Part shown: piece after piece, positions 51,667-61,122 of the stretch
How positions within the stretch are numbered: the first letter of the stretch is position 1
Layout of the letters: the number at the start of each line of letters is the position of its first letter
From: Calditrichia bacterium
GTDB taxonomy: Bacteria; Calditrichota; Calditrichia; JAJRVZ01
Length of the DNA: 64,000 nt
NCBI GenBank assembly: GCA_963796965.1
Contig: CAWCNS010000005.1
Location: forward strand, 1,188,592-1,252,591
Direction of reading: 5' to 3'
Translations under genes and position numbers: made by a program
Notes under the pieces: generated by a model
Told to the model about the DNA's origin: nothing
The model's database searches: none
What the model saw: only the letters and a program-made list of their open reading frames with translations

Positions 51667-53025
51667 CTATTTAATAGTGTTTTTGTAGATCATGCCGTCT
51701 TTCATAATGATAACGAAGTTTTTATGCGGATCGGCAATTAGGTTAATGTCCTCCAGGGGATTTCCGTCAACCAAAAGCAGGTCGGCTAAAGCACCTTCTT
51801 TAATCACACCGTTCTCGCCGGGATAGGGATCGCGAGGCCCGGAACGCTTCATAATCTGATAGTTCTGGCTGGTCGCAATCTTTAGCACTTCCCATGGCTC
51901 GAAATAGCGGACGAGCTTCGCCAACTGAGCCCCCTGACGCTCTGCGAGTGCCGGATTACCCTGTGTATCTGTCCCAAACCCGAAGAGCAAGTCATATTTC
52001 TTTGCTAACGCAAAGGCATTATCGGTTCCTGAGATCAGTTGCTGGTATTTTTTTGCCGCAAATGAACCTGGAGGCAGTGGGATGGCATCCTCATCGTTAT
52101 AGAAGGGCTGCAGGCAAACTGAAGTATTCGTCTCCTGCATAAGTTTTGCTGTTTCCTCATCAATCATCTGGCCGTGCTCTACATTGCGGACACCACCGCG
52201 GATTGCGTTCTGGATCGCCTTCGCGGAATAGGAGTGAACAGTCACATAGGTACCCCAGTTCTCCGCGACTTCAACCGCTGCAGCGATTTCATCGATGGTG
52301 TATTGCGATACGTCTAATGGATCCGAAGGTGAAGCGACTCCTCCGCCGGCCATGAGCTTAATAAAGGCTGCACCTTGCATCAAGTTCTCGCGCACGCGCT
52401 GCATGACTTGCGCCCTGCCGTCTGCAATCGCGACCGAACCCATCCTTTCTGACGGAGTAAGATCCCGTGAATAGCTTCGAGGGATATCAACCGTGCTACG
52501 GAAATCGCCATGTCCACCTGTTTGGGAGATCATCGAACCCGCAGCGTAGATCCGGGGGCCAACGAACAGACCCTCGTCGATTGCCGCCTTTAAATCAAAT
52601 ACAGGGCCGCCCATGTCTCTCACTGTGGTGAAGCCCCGCATAAGCGTCTTTTCTGACCCATGGGCCGCCACGAGATTTAGTTTGCCCGCACCAGCCGCAA
52701 ACGGGTCCAAAGTCATATAGGCCGCCATGCTGTGCCAATGACAATCTGTAAGGCCAGGCATCAGCGTGCGCCCACCTCCGTCGATCATGGTCACATTATC
52801 GGTTTGAATGACCATCAAGGGCTCTTTAGAAATTTGCTTAATGAGGTTTCCTTCAACCAGCACATGCATGTCCTTATGGAGTGTTTCGGTTTTTCCGTCG
52901 AAGATATTCACGTTGCTGATGAGCACGAGCGACGGCGACTGTTGCTGTGCCTGAGCAAATGCCGGTTGAACTGCAATAAATAACGAGATTATTACAATAA
53001 AAAATAGTGCTATGTTTTTTTTCAT
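51667..53025 (-). CDS. Metal-dependent amidohydrolase (Xaa-Pro dipeptidase-like), exported
   Basis: MPGLTDCHWH, GFTTVRDMGG, QTGGHGD, IKLM, VHSY, VEHG, GTD and ADLLLVDGNP motifs. Confidence 0.9.
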   Translation of the reverse strand: MKKNIALFFIVIISLFIAVQPAFAQAQQQSPSLVLISNVNIFDGKTETLHKDMHVLVEGNLIKQISKEPLMVIQTDNVTMIDGGGRTLMPGLTDCHWHSMAAYMTLDPFAAGAGKLNLVAAHGSEKTLMRGFTTVRDMGGPVFDLKAAIDEGLFVGPRIYAAGSMISQTGGHGDFRSTVDIPRSYSRDLTPSERMGSVAIADGRAQVMQRVRENLMQGAAFIKLMAGGGVASPSDPLDVSQYTIDEIAAAVEVAENWGTYVTVHSYSAKAIQNAIRGGVRNVEHGQMIDEETAKLMQETNTSVCLQPFYNDEDAIPLPPGSFAAKKYQQLISGTDNAFALAKKYDLLFGFGTDTQGNPALAERQGAQLAKLVRYFEPWEVLKIATSQNYQIMKRSGPRDPYPGENGVIKEGALADLLLVDGNPLEDINLIADPHKNFVIIMKDGMIYKNTIK

Positions 53026-53059
53026 CGTCATTCCTAATTTAAATATTAATAATTGAGTT
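52950..53059 (-). repeat. Shared RBS plus signal-peptide module, copy C
   Basis: Near-identical to copies A and B. Confidence 0.92.
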
Positions 53060-53126
53060 TATTAAAATTCATCACCAATCTGTAACAGAATCATGGAATG
53101 AACTTGTTTTTCATAACTTTACTATT

Positions 53127-54870
53127 CTAATTCATTTTTTTATAGACCCGTTTCCCTTCTTTAATTGTTTCTACCACTTTTATGGTATGAATCTTCATGG
53201 GATCAATTTTTAAAGGGTTTTGGTCTAAAATCACAAAATCAGCCAATTTGCCAACAGTGAGCGTTCCCTTGTGGTCTTCTTCAAAATACTGATAAGCGGC
53301 CCAACGAGTTTGTGTAAGCAAAGCTTCATAAGGAGTCGTTCTTTGTTCTGGACCAAGGATCAATCCACTTCGGGTTACTCGGTTTGTGGTAGCATCGATT
53401 ATTCTTAATGAATTGGGTGGTATAACCGGGCAGTCTGAATGACTGGTTAAATTAATTCCAGCATCTATAAGGTCTCTAGTTGGCGAAATGTATTCTGCCC
53501 GTGGTGAACCTAGAACAGAGTTTAAATGCCAGTCTCCCCAATAGAAAGTATGTACAGCGTACTCCGAAGCGAGCACGTTTAAATCAGCGATTTGTTGGAT
53601 CTGATCTTTCCTAATCACCTGACCATGTACTATAACAGAACGATGATCATCGTAGCCATGATTTTTTAAGGCTTCATTGATGTAAAAAAGAAATTGATCT
53701 ACTGCAGCATCTCCATTGGTGTGCGCCAATAATTGCCATTGATTTTGAAACGCCTGATTAATAAACTTTTCCGCATCTTCTTTTGTAGAACTTAGGGTAC
53801 CCATGATAATGATGGTCTTTCCCTGAAGGTGGTTTTAAATAGGGCTCGCTAAGCCAGGCTGTTTTGCCCTGTGGTGACCCATCCAAAACTAATTTTACGC
53901 CACCTACACGATAGTGATTCAAATAACTATGATCTTTTGTATAATACTTACTGGTCATGGCTTCTAAGCCCATATCCATGACCGTGTAGTTTACCAAATC
54001 GATATACAGTTCTCCCTTATTTGCCGCTTTTTCCAAAGAGTTATTAAAACCTGTATTGCCGCCACCTTCCTGTGCAGTGGTGTACCCAAATTGGGCATAC
54101 ATTTTTTGTCCGTTTTCAACAATTTTAGCATCTGTTTCATCATCTATTTTGGGCAACATTTGCAATTGTAAGGGTTGAAATGCGGTTTCTTCAAGAATCC
54201 CATTTGGGTTGCCATTGGCATCTTTTCTGATGTGGCCTCCTACGGGATCTTCACTGGCTTTGGTGATATTGAAAAATTCCAATGCCTTATGGTTCATCGC
54301 CCCCAAATGACCTGATTGATGTATAATGATTACAGGAACTTCCGTGCTTACTTTGTCCAGGTCATCTGCTGTGGGATGGTCTTTTTCGGTCAATTGAGAA
54401 TCGTCATACCCAAAGCCGACCAACCATCCAAATTTGTTCAGGAAGAACTTACCCTTATCTGTTTTTTTCCAGGTATTCATTTCATCTACCACGCCTTGAA
54501 TGCTATTGCAATTTCCATCAGGTGGAGGCAATAGATTGGCCATCATATTGTAAAAACCTGTTAGATAAAGGTGTCCATGCCCATCTATAAATCCAGGTAA
54601 AAGTGTTTTGCCTTGCAAATCATTTTTACTGGCCTTTGGAAATTGTTTTTCTGCAGCTGTTAAAGTACCTACAAAAGCAATTTTACCATCTTGTTGAACC
54701 ACTGCTTCAGCATATTGTACTTCATCTCCTTCCATAGTGATAATATCACCACCATAATAAAGGGTTGTTTCTGAAGTAGCTAAAGGCGTTTCCTTAGTAT
54801 CTTTGTTGTTCTCTTTACAAGAAGACAGCAACACTATGATTCCTAAAAGTGTAAATAGTATTTTTTTCAT
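53127..54870 (-). CDS. YtcJ-like amidohydrolase lipoprotein (one frameshift near 53790)
   Basis: Lipobox LSSC; PGFIDGHGH, HQSGH, KLVLDGSPQG, HTNGD, HSDCP and GKLADFVILD motifs. Confidence 0.88.
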
Positions 54871-54914
54871 TTTGATTTTATTTTATAATTTAAACAGCAA
54901 CTTAAAATGGTTTT

Positions 54915-56477
54915 CTATTCTTGAATTGTAGCTCGAATCGGCTGGCCTGGAAAAACCCCCTTCAATACTTTAGAATCCTTAACCACCACTGTACCATTTA
55001 CAATAACGTAAGGAATACCAGTAGATGGCAAAGTACCCATTGCAGGTGTTGCATTGTCTTTGACAGTAGCTGGATCAAAAATTGTAAAGTCTGCATCTTT
55101 TCCCAACTGTATGCGTCCCTTGTTCGCCATTTGAGTAACGCCGTTTTCCTGAAGAAATTTAGCTGGCATGAAACTCATCTTAGAAACTGCCAACATTAAG
55201 GGCATTAAATTATCTTCTCGTACCAACTTTAAAATTCGCGCGTGTGTACCAGCACCTCTAGGGTGCGCATTTATAGATTCATAAGGTGTATCCCAATCTA
55301 TAGGTAACGATCCGTCCGACTTAGAAACACCTGGAAACGCATCGCTTCCAATCATAGAATTTGGGTACGAAAGCGCCCAATACAAGTCTTCCTTAGTGGC
55401 ATTTTCAAACGTTACGTTGGTTAATGGAGCTTCTTTCATCAATTGCTCGTAAGTTTCCTTTGTTAAAGGCTGCATGTTCGAAATGTTGGTAATATCTTTA
55501 TAATCATGCCCCATATTATTTTGGTAATTATCTGGTTGAAGATAATCTGCAGCAACAATTGTAGAACCATAGGTATAAGCGTAGATTTCAGACATTACAG
55601 GAATGCCTTTTTTAGCTGCAGCATCAATAAGCGCCTGTGCTTGTTTTGTTTGACTCAAAGTTTGTGCTGTCATATGAGCAATCACCAAACCTCCACCATA
55701 TGCCTCAGCAGCACCAAGCTGTTGTAACGTACCTGTTAGACCATCATTTGGTGGGAGTTGTCCCGAAAAACGACCGTGTAAATAAACAAAACGCCCATAC
55801 TTTCCTGCTAACTTTTGAGCACCAATGCCTTCCTCAGACCTTGCTCCTTTTACCATATAACCAGGTGTATATCCAACACCAAGACCTCCTTGCTTTAATC
55901 CCTGATCAACTAAATCAAGAATCTGTCCAATTTGTTCGTTGGAAGCAATACCTTTTGACCACGCCATGGTTAAATGTGTCTCGTCCTGTATACCGCTATC
56001 GTTGATAAGTGCTCCATCTTTGGTTTTATATTTTGGGTTAAGTACCATCTCACGAGCAGCTTCTAGACTGGCAGTCACTCCATAATTGGTTTGTGATTTA
56101 CCCTGCATCCCATCATACCAAAAATCAATTGGGAGTACTCCTAATTCTAATTCTAACGCAGTTGTAACACCATCTCGTAAGGCTAACTTTTGTCCAAATG
56201 GCGTTGGTACATTGTGAGTGTGTGGATCAATAAAACCAGGCGCAACTACATGTCTAGCGGCATCAATCGTTTCTTTACCTTTAATGTCACTTTCGGTAAT
56301 AACAGCTATTTTCCCATCTTTTACACCAACATTGGCAACATCATTGAACATGGTTTCAGGGTCCATAACCCGGCCATTTAATATGACCAAGTCATAGGTT
56401 ACATTTGTAGTTGATTTTTCTTGCGCGTTTGAGAACGATACTAAGAAAATCAATAGGATAATTAGATAATTTTTCAT
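54915..56477 (-). CDS. D-aminoacylase-like amidohydrolase, exported
   Basis: NGRVMDPET, APGFIDPHTH, IGSDA, HPRGAGT and GIPYVIVNG motifs; signal peptide. Confidence 0.88.
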   Translation of the reverse strand: MKNYLIILLIFLVSFSNAQEKSTTNVTYDLVILNGRVMDPETMFNDVANVGVKDGKIAVITESDIKGKETIDAARHVVAPGFIDPHTHNVPTPFGQKLALRDGVTTALELELGVLPIDFWYDGMQGKSQTNYGVTASLEAAREMVLNPKYKTKDGALINDSGIQDETHLTMAWSKGIASNEQIGQILDLVDQGLKQGGLGVGYTPGYMVKGARSEEGIGAQKLAGKYGRFVYLHGRFSGQLPPNDGLTGTLQQLGAAEAYGGGLVIAHMTAQTLSQTKQAQALIDAAAKKGIPVMSEIYAYTYGSTIVAADYLQPDNYQNNMGHDYKDITNISNMQPLTKETYEQLMKEAPLTNVTFENATKEDLYWALSYPNSMIGSDAFPGVSKSDGSLPIDWDTPYESINAHPRGAGTHARILKLVREDNLMPLMLAVSKMSFMPAKFLQENGVTQMANKGRIQLGKDADFTIFDPATVKDNATPAMGTLPSTGIPYVIVNGTVVVKDSKVLKGVFPGQPIRATIQE

Positions 56478-56526
56478 GATTTAAATTTTAATTGTATTCC
56501 TATTTTAGCTATAATTAAGTGTTAAT

Positions 56527-56568
56527 TAAACAATGCACCGATTATAGGATTAATCGGTGCACTGTTTA
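56527..56568 (-). terminator. Hairpin, possible terminator
   Basis: TGCACCGATTA...TAATCGGTGCA with an extended stem, just after the stop at 56576. Confidence 0.55.
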
Positions 56569-56575
56569 TTTACTT

Positions 56576-58225
56576 TTAATGCTGATGTCCTTCCTCATTG
56601 GCAAAATCGCAGCACTTAAAGCTTGCTCCACCAAAGTCCTCTGGAACAACATAAAATTCATTTTGCCAAGTGTCAACATTCAACGGCACAAGTTTACTCT
56701 CTGCTACAGGTTCAAAACGGATAGCTTGACCCGGGTTAACATCGTCGGGCATGCATTTAGAATCTTTTACAACAATAACTCCATTAACAATAACATAAGG
56801 AATCCCAGTCGATGGTAGAGTTCCCTTCTCATAAGTTGCATTATCTTTTACATTTTCAGGACTGAAGATGGTTATATCAGCCACCATACCTTCCTGCATA
56901 CGTCCACGTACCTGCATGGCTTTTAAACCCATTTCACCCAAAGGTTTGGCATAATTGTAAGAGGTCATAGAAACCAATTGCATTAATGGAATATTATTTT
57001 CCAAGCCTAAGCGCAATGTTTTAGCAAATGCACCTGAAGAACGAGGATGGGAATTCGGCAGGTCTTCATAAGGTGTATTTCTGGTCAGACCCGTATCAGG
57101 AATTAATGGCATACCATCGCTACCAATGGCCACGCCTGGTAATTTTAACCAGTCAACAACGGCTTCCACAGGCATTTTGAAAACTATAACAGCTCTGGTG
57201 GGTTCTTTTTTTAACATTTCCTCCCGACTTTTCTGTGTATACCATTCTCCTGTAGCTACGTCTTGTATCGTTTCTTCGTATTTATAGCCTAAGCTTTTTA
57301 CCCAAACCTCAGGTTCAAGAAAAACGGCATTTAAAGCGGTTGAACCGGCAGCATAAGGATAAATTTCTCCCCATACATTGTAGCCTTGTTCACGCATTTT
57401 AACCAATAATTCGTGCACCAAATTATAGCCTGGGTTGTTAAAATGACAGGCAATGGCAGGCACGCCCAAGGCAGCCGCATTGGCCAACATTTCCTGTATG
57501 CCATTTACTTCGCCCACATCGTTGCCGGGGGTGCCTCTAAAGTGCATGCCCAATTGACGGCCATAAAAGCCCGCCAATTTTTGTATTTCATAAACTTCAC
57601 GTGTTGACACACCCTCGCGCATATAACCAAGCGTAGAACCAATGCCTATACCTCCCTTACGCAAACCTTCATCTATTTGTGCTAAAATCTCGTTTCCCTG
57701 CTCCAGATTAGGTCTTGTTTTCGACCAGCCCTGTTTTACCCGTGATTTTATTGCATCAGGTGTATATAAATATTCAAATTCATTGAAACCATCAAGTACA
57801 GCTGCACGTGAAAACTCATGTGAAACGGTTATTCCAAAATTTAAAGGAGCCTTACCTTCACGGTTTTTATACCACTGATCTATGGTAGGTCCGTAGGCTC
57901 CAAATTCCAAATCCATAATGGTAGTTCGACCATCACGAACCATTAATCGATAAATATATTGCTCATGACAGTGTTGGTGTCCGTCGATAAAGCCTGGAGC
58001 AACCACCAAACCTTTGGCATCAATTGTTTCTTTACCTTTAATAGTTGTTTCGGTTATGATGGCAATTTTACCATCTTTAACACCTACATTTCGAATCCCG
58101 TCAAAATTGGTTTCAGGGTCCATTACACGACCGTTAAGAATTACAACATCATATGTTGTATCAGACTCACAGGCCGGAAGAACAAAGAGTATTAACATTA
58201 CAAAAAGAACAGCTAGAAACTTCAT
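56576..58225 (-). CDS. D-aminoacylase-like amidohydrolase lipoprotein
   Basis: AGGAG RBS, MKFLAVLF...LPAC lipobox, APGFIDGHQH, IGSDG and HPRSSG. Confidence 0.88.
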   Translation of the reverse strand: MKFLAVLFVMLILFVLPACESDTTYDVVILNGRVMDPETNFDGIRNVGVKDGKIAIITETTIKGKETIDAKGLVVAPGFIDGHQHCHEQYIYRLMVRDGRTTIMDLEFGAYGPTIDQWYKNREGKAPLNFGITVSHEFSRAAVLDGFNEFEYLYTPDAIKSRVKQGWSKTRPNLEQGNEILAQIDEGLRKGGIGIGSTLGYMREGVSTREVYEIQKLAGFYGRQLGMHFRGTPGNDVGEVNGIQEMLANAAALGVPAIACHFNNPGYNLVHELLVKMREQGYNVWGEIYPYAAGSTALNAVFLEPEVWVKSLGYKYEETIQDVATGEWYTQKSREEMLKKEPTRAVIVFKMPVEAVVDWLKLPGVAIGSDGMPLIPDTGLTRNTPYEDLPNSHPRSSGAFAKTLRLGLENNIPLMQLVSMTSYNYAKPLGEMGLKAMQVRGRMQEGMVADITIFSPENVKDNATYEKGTLPSTGIPYVIVNGVIVVKDSKCMPDDVNPGQAIRFEPVAESKLVPLNVDTWQNEFYVVPEDFGGASFKCCDFANEEGHQH

Positions 58226-58249
58226 AGTATTTCTCCTTTTAGTGTTTGA

Positions 58250-58544
58250 GGTAGTGTAAAAAATAACCACAGAGTACACAGAGTAAATCATTAATATTAT
58301 TTATGTTAATGCTATTTCTAATCATCTCCCCTCTGTGATCTCTTATAAGATAACTCTCCTTATTCCTTCTTTTAGTTTGTCAACATTAAAGTAGATCAAC
58401 AATCCGACTTTTAGATTTCCTGCTCTCAGAGTTTTCCTCTGAGGATTCTGCCTGTCCCGTAAAGACTGGCGCAGCCAGGCTGGTACGGGATGGTTTCATC
58501 TTATATCCTGTTTTTCATTTTTTCATAGAACTTTTGACACTACC
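58250..58544 (+). mobile_element. MITE, 295 bp, with 8-bp target-site duplication
   Basis: TIRs GGTAGTGTAAAAA / TTTTGACACTACC, flanked by GTGTTTGA at 58242-58249 and 58545-58552. Confidence 0.9.
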
Positions 58545-58600
58545 GTGTTTGAAATAATTGTTTAATTAAAAATAGTATTTTTCATTTTTTTAGTTATGTT

Positions 58601-60315
58601 TTAATAATCTGATTTAATTATTACCTTTATTATTAAGCAATGCCCCTGCCCCAGAGTCATCATGACATGAATTTTTGAAAGACCTGGATTAACTCCAATA
58701 GTATGCTTAATCCTCCAATCATCTTTATCAATCGGTGTAAATCTTCCTTTGGCTTCTACTGGGAAACGAATTTGCTTTCCTGCTTTTACAGGCAATACTT
58801 CATTGTCTTTTACTACTATAACACCATTTACAATAACATAAGGAATACCGGTGGTAGGGGTACCATTTTCCCCTATTTTAAAAGTGGAATTGATCGGTGA
58901 TGGTTTCAGGGTTAAAAATGGTAATGTCTGCAACTTTTCCTACTTGAATTCTTCCTCTTTGCTTCATAGACTCAAGCCCGGAATCACCCAGGTGTAAAGC
59001 TGCCCAATAACTTGATTGTGCAATCGTAAACATTAAAGGAACACCTTGTTCACGAGCCATACGAAAAGACTGTACCACGCGTTCCAGCCGTTCTAGGATG
59101 GCCTCTATAATCCTTCCAATCCGCTTCCCATGGTAATGATTCTCCATCAGGACCAACACCAACCATGGCATCAGCTGCTATAGTCATATGAGGTATTGTT
59201 AAAAAATCTTTCAACCAAGGCTTCCGGTATGGAAATACGACTACAACCGATCTTCCTGGTTCTTTTTTCATCAATGCTGCATAGGTTTCGTTGGTAAGGT
59301 ATGCATTATCAATAGGGTCGAAGATGGTTTCTTCGTATTTGAAACCACGCTTTTCTACCCATTCAGAAGGTTTCAAGAAATCTGCAGTAACTGCTGTTGC
59401 TCCAGCAGCGTAAGGATAGTACTCTGACCACATATTCAAACCTTTTGCTCTGGCCAATTGCAATTTTTCTTCGATTTCCCACCAGCCATAATCATTATTA
59501 TGGCAAATTAAAAATGGAGCGCCTAACAACATGGCATTGGTAAACATCTCATCAAAAGCTATTGGCGCTTCCGTAGGTGTATCGCTTAATAAATGATATC
59601 TGGTATGAGAAGCTGTCATACGGTTATAATTAGCAGCTGCTTTTTGAGCCATAAAAACTTCATAACTACTTGTTCCCATAGTTATATAAGCAACAGGAGC
59701 TGCCATACCGATTGCACCTTGTCTTAGATCTTCATCTAATATTTGCATTATTTTATTCATTTCGTCCAACGTTGATTTTGTTGTAGCCCAACCTTGAACG
59801 CCATCTTCTGCAGATTTGGCAACGTATGGTCTTGCACCAGCATAATCCATTGGGCCAACCATTTTAGTTTCAGGGTCATGAATAGCCATTCTTGTCCACA
59901 ATAAACTTGCAGTAGTACCATAGTTTACTTGCCAGCCCGTTTTTTCTTTTTCATCATACCATCCTTTAACATTGAATGATCCGGCTTCAAGGTCCATCCC
60001 GGAAGTTACACCGTCTCGAAGTGCCATTTTAGTACTAAAAACATCCATTGAATGGTAGTGTGTGTCAATAAACCCAGGAGCCACCACATGCCCTTTAGCA
60101 TCAATGGTCTCTTTACCTTTAATTGGAGATTTTGTTATTGCAACGATTTTACCGTCTGTGACCCCCACATTGGCGACAGCGTCGAACATGGTTTCAGGAT
60201 CCATAACCCGGCCATTTAAGATAACCACATCGTAAGTTTGCTGCGCATATGAGAATGCGAAACAACTCAGCATAATTAATAATGTTAATGAAATTATTGA
60301 ATTGATTTTTTTCAT
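58601..60315 (-). CDS. D-aminoacylase-like amidohydrolase, exported (frameshifts near 59065 and 58885)
   Basis: NGRVMDPET, APGFIDTHYH, IAADA, HPRTAGT and GIPYVIVNG are spread over three consecutive ORFs. The exact 3' end is uncertain. Confidence 0.82.
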
Positions 60316-60369
60316 TTATTATTTCCTCCAATTTATTTGTTGTGTGTAAAGTCTATATTAGGATAAACT

Positions 60370-60588
60370 TTAACTATTAATACAGCCTATTGACCTTTTT
60401 ATATAATATTTTTTCGATATTGTATTCTTATAAATTTTTCCACCTTTCATTTTTTGGACAAAGTTTTTATCTGCATCAGCAACTAAATCGTTATTCTGGC
60501 CATGTGCATGAATGTCAATAAATCCCGGTGCGACCAAATGGCCTGTGGCATCGATGGTTTGCCTACCCTTGATTTGTTTCTGATATTT
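60370..60588 (-). pseudogene. Chimeric amidohydrolase scar
   Basis: One open frame with no start codon: QIKGRQTIDATGHLVAPGFIDIHAHGQN + DLVADADKNFVQKMKGGKIYKNTI. Confidence 0.75.
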
Positions 60589-60589
60589 T

Positions 60590-60835
60590 CTATTCGATCT
60601 GCTCTACCAACAATATCGGACAGTGATAATCATGAAGTATATTAAGTATTCCTGCCAGGGCAGCCTGATCTTTTATACCACCGGTTAAGAAAGTAATGTT
60701 TACCCCTTTTTTGCCTTTTTCTGTTACTATTTTCAATCCCGAAAAACATGGATAAAAATTTTCCGGCAGGCTTCCCTGCACGACAATCTTATAGGTCGCA
60801 GGCGCGTCAAATTTAATGGGTCTGTTTATTATCAT
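60590..60835 (-). CDS. Small ACT-like hypothetical protein
   Basis: YKIVVQGSL...TFLTG.IKDQAALAGILNILHD...ILLVE, a pattern I recognise from small proteins next to MalT-like regulators. Confidence 0.8.
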   Translation of the reverse strand: MIINRPIKFDAPATYKIVVQGSLPENFYPCFSGLKIVTEKGKKGVNITFLTGGIKDQAALAGILNILHDYHCPILLVEQIE

Positions 60836-60911
60836 AATCTCAGGGCTAGAATGAGCATTTAAATGTAAGCCATAAGGTAACGACTAATAAATGGGACAGT
60901 CAACCTGGTTA

Positions 60912-60942
60912 AGTGGACAAATAGTGGACAAAAAGTGGACAA
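60912..60942. promoter_or_regulatory. Three phased direct repeats AGTGGACAA, probable regulator binding sites
   Basis: Copies start at 60912, 60923 and 60934 (11-bp period). Confidence 0.65.
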
Positions 60943-61122
60943 TATGGTAAAGAGGGAACGGAGGTTGGGGAAGGTGCGGGTTCTTTCATAGCGAGGATCC
61001 CGGTGTTCCGGGAGACGAAGCCATCGCTTATCCTCCTGTCGGCGGATTGTTTTGGAAGAAATTGCCTAGTAATTACAAATCCCACATCATAAAACGACTG
61101 GGCCATTTATAAAAAAAATCAT

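Noticed and set aside
53758..53804. Overlapping YtcJ-like ORFs as two genes or a recoding site
   Set aside because: The two halves form one amidohydrolase, and I saw no slippery heptamer or stimulatory structure.
60912..60942. Direct repeats as a mini-CRISPR
   Set aside because: The units are 9 bp with 2-bp spacers, and there are no cas genes.
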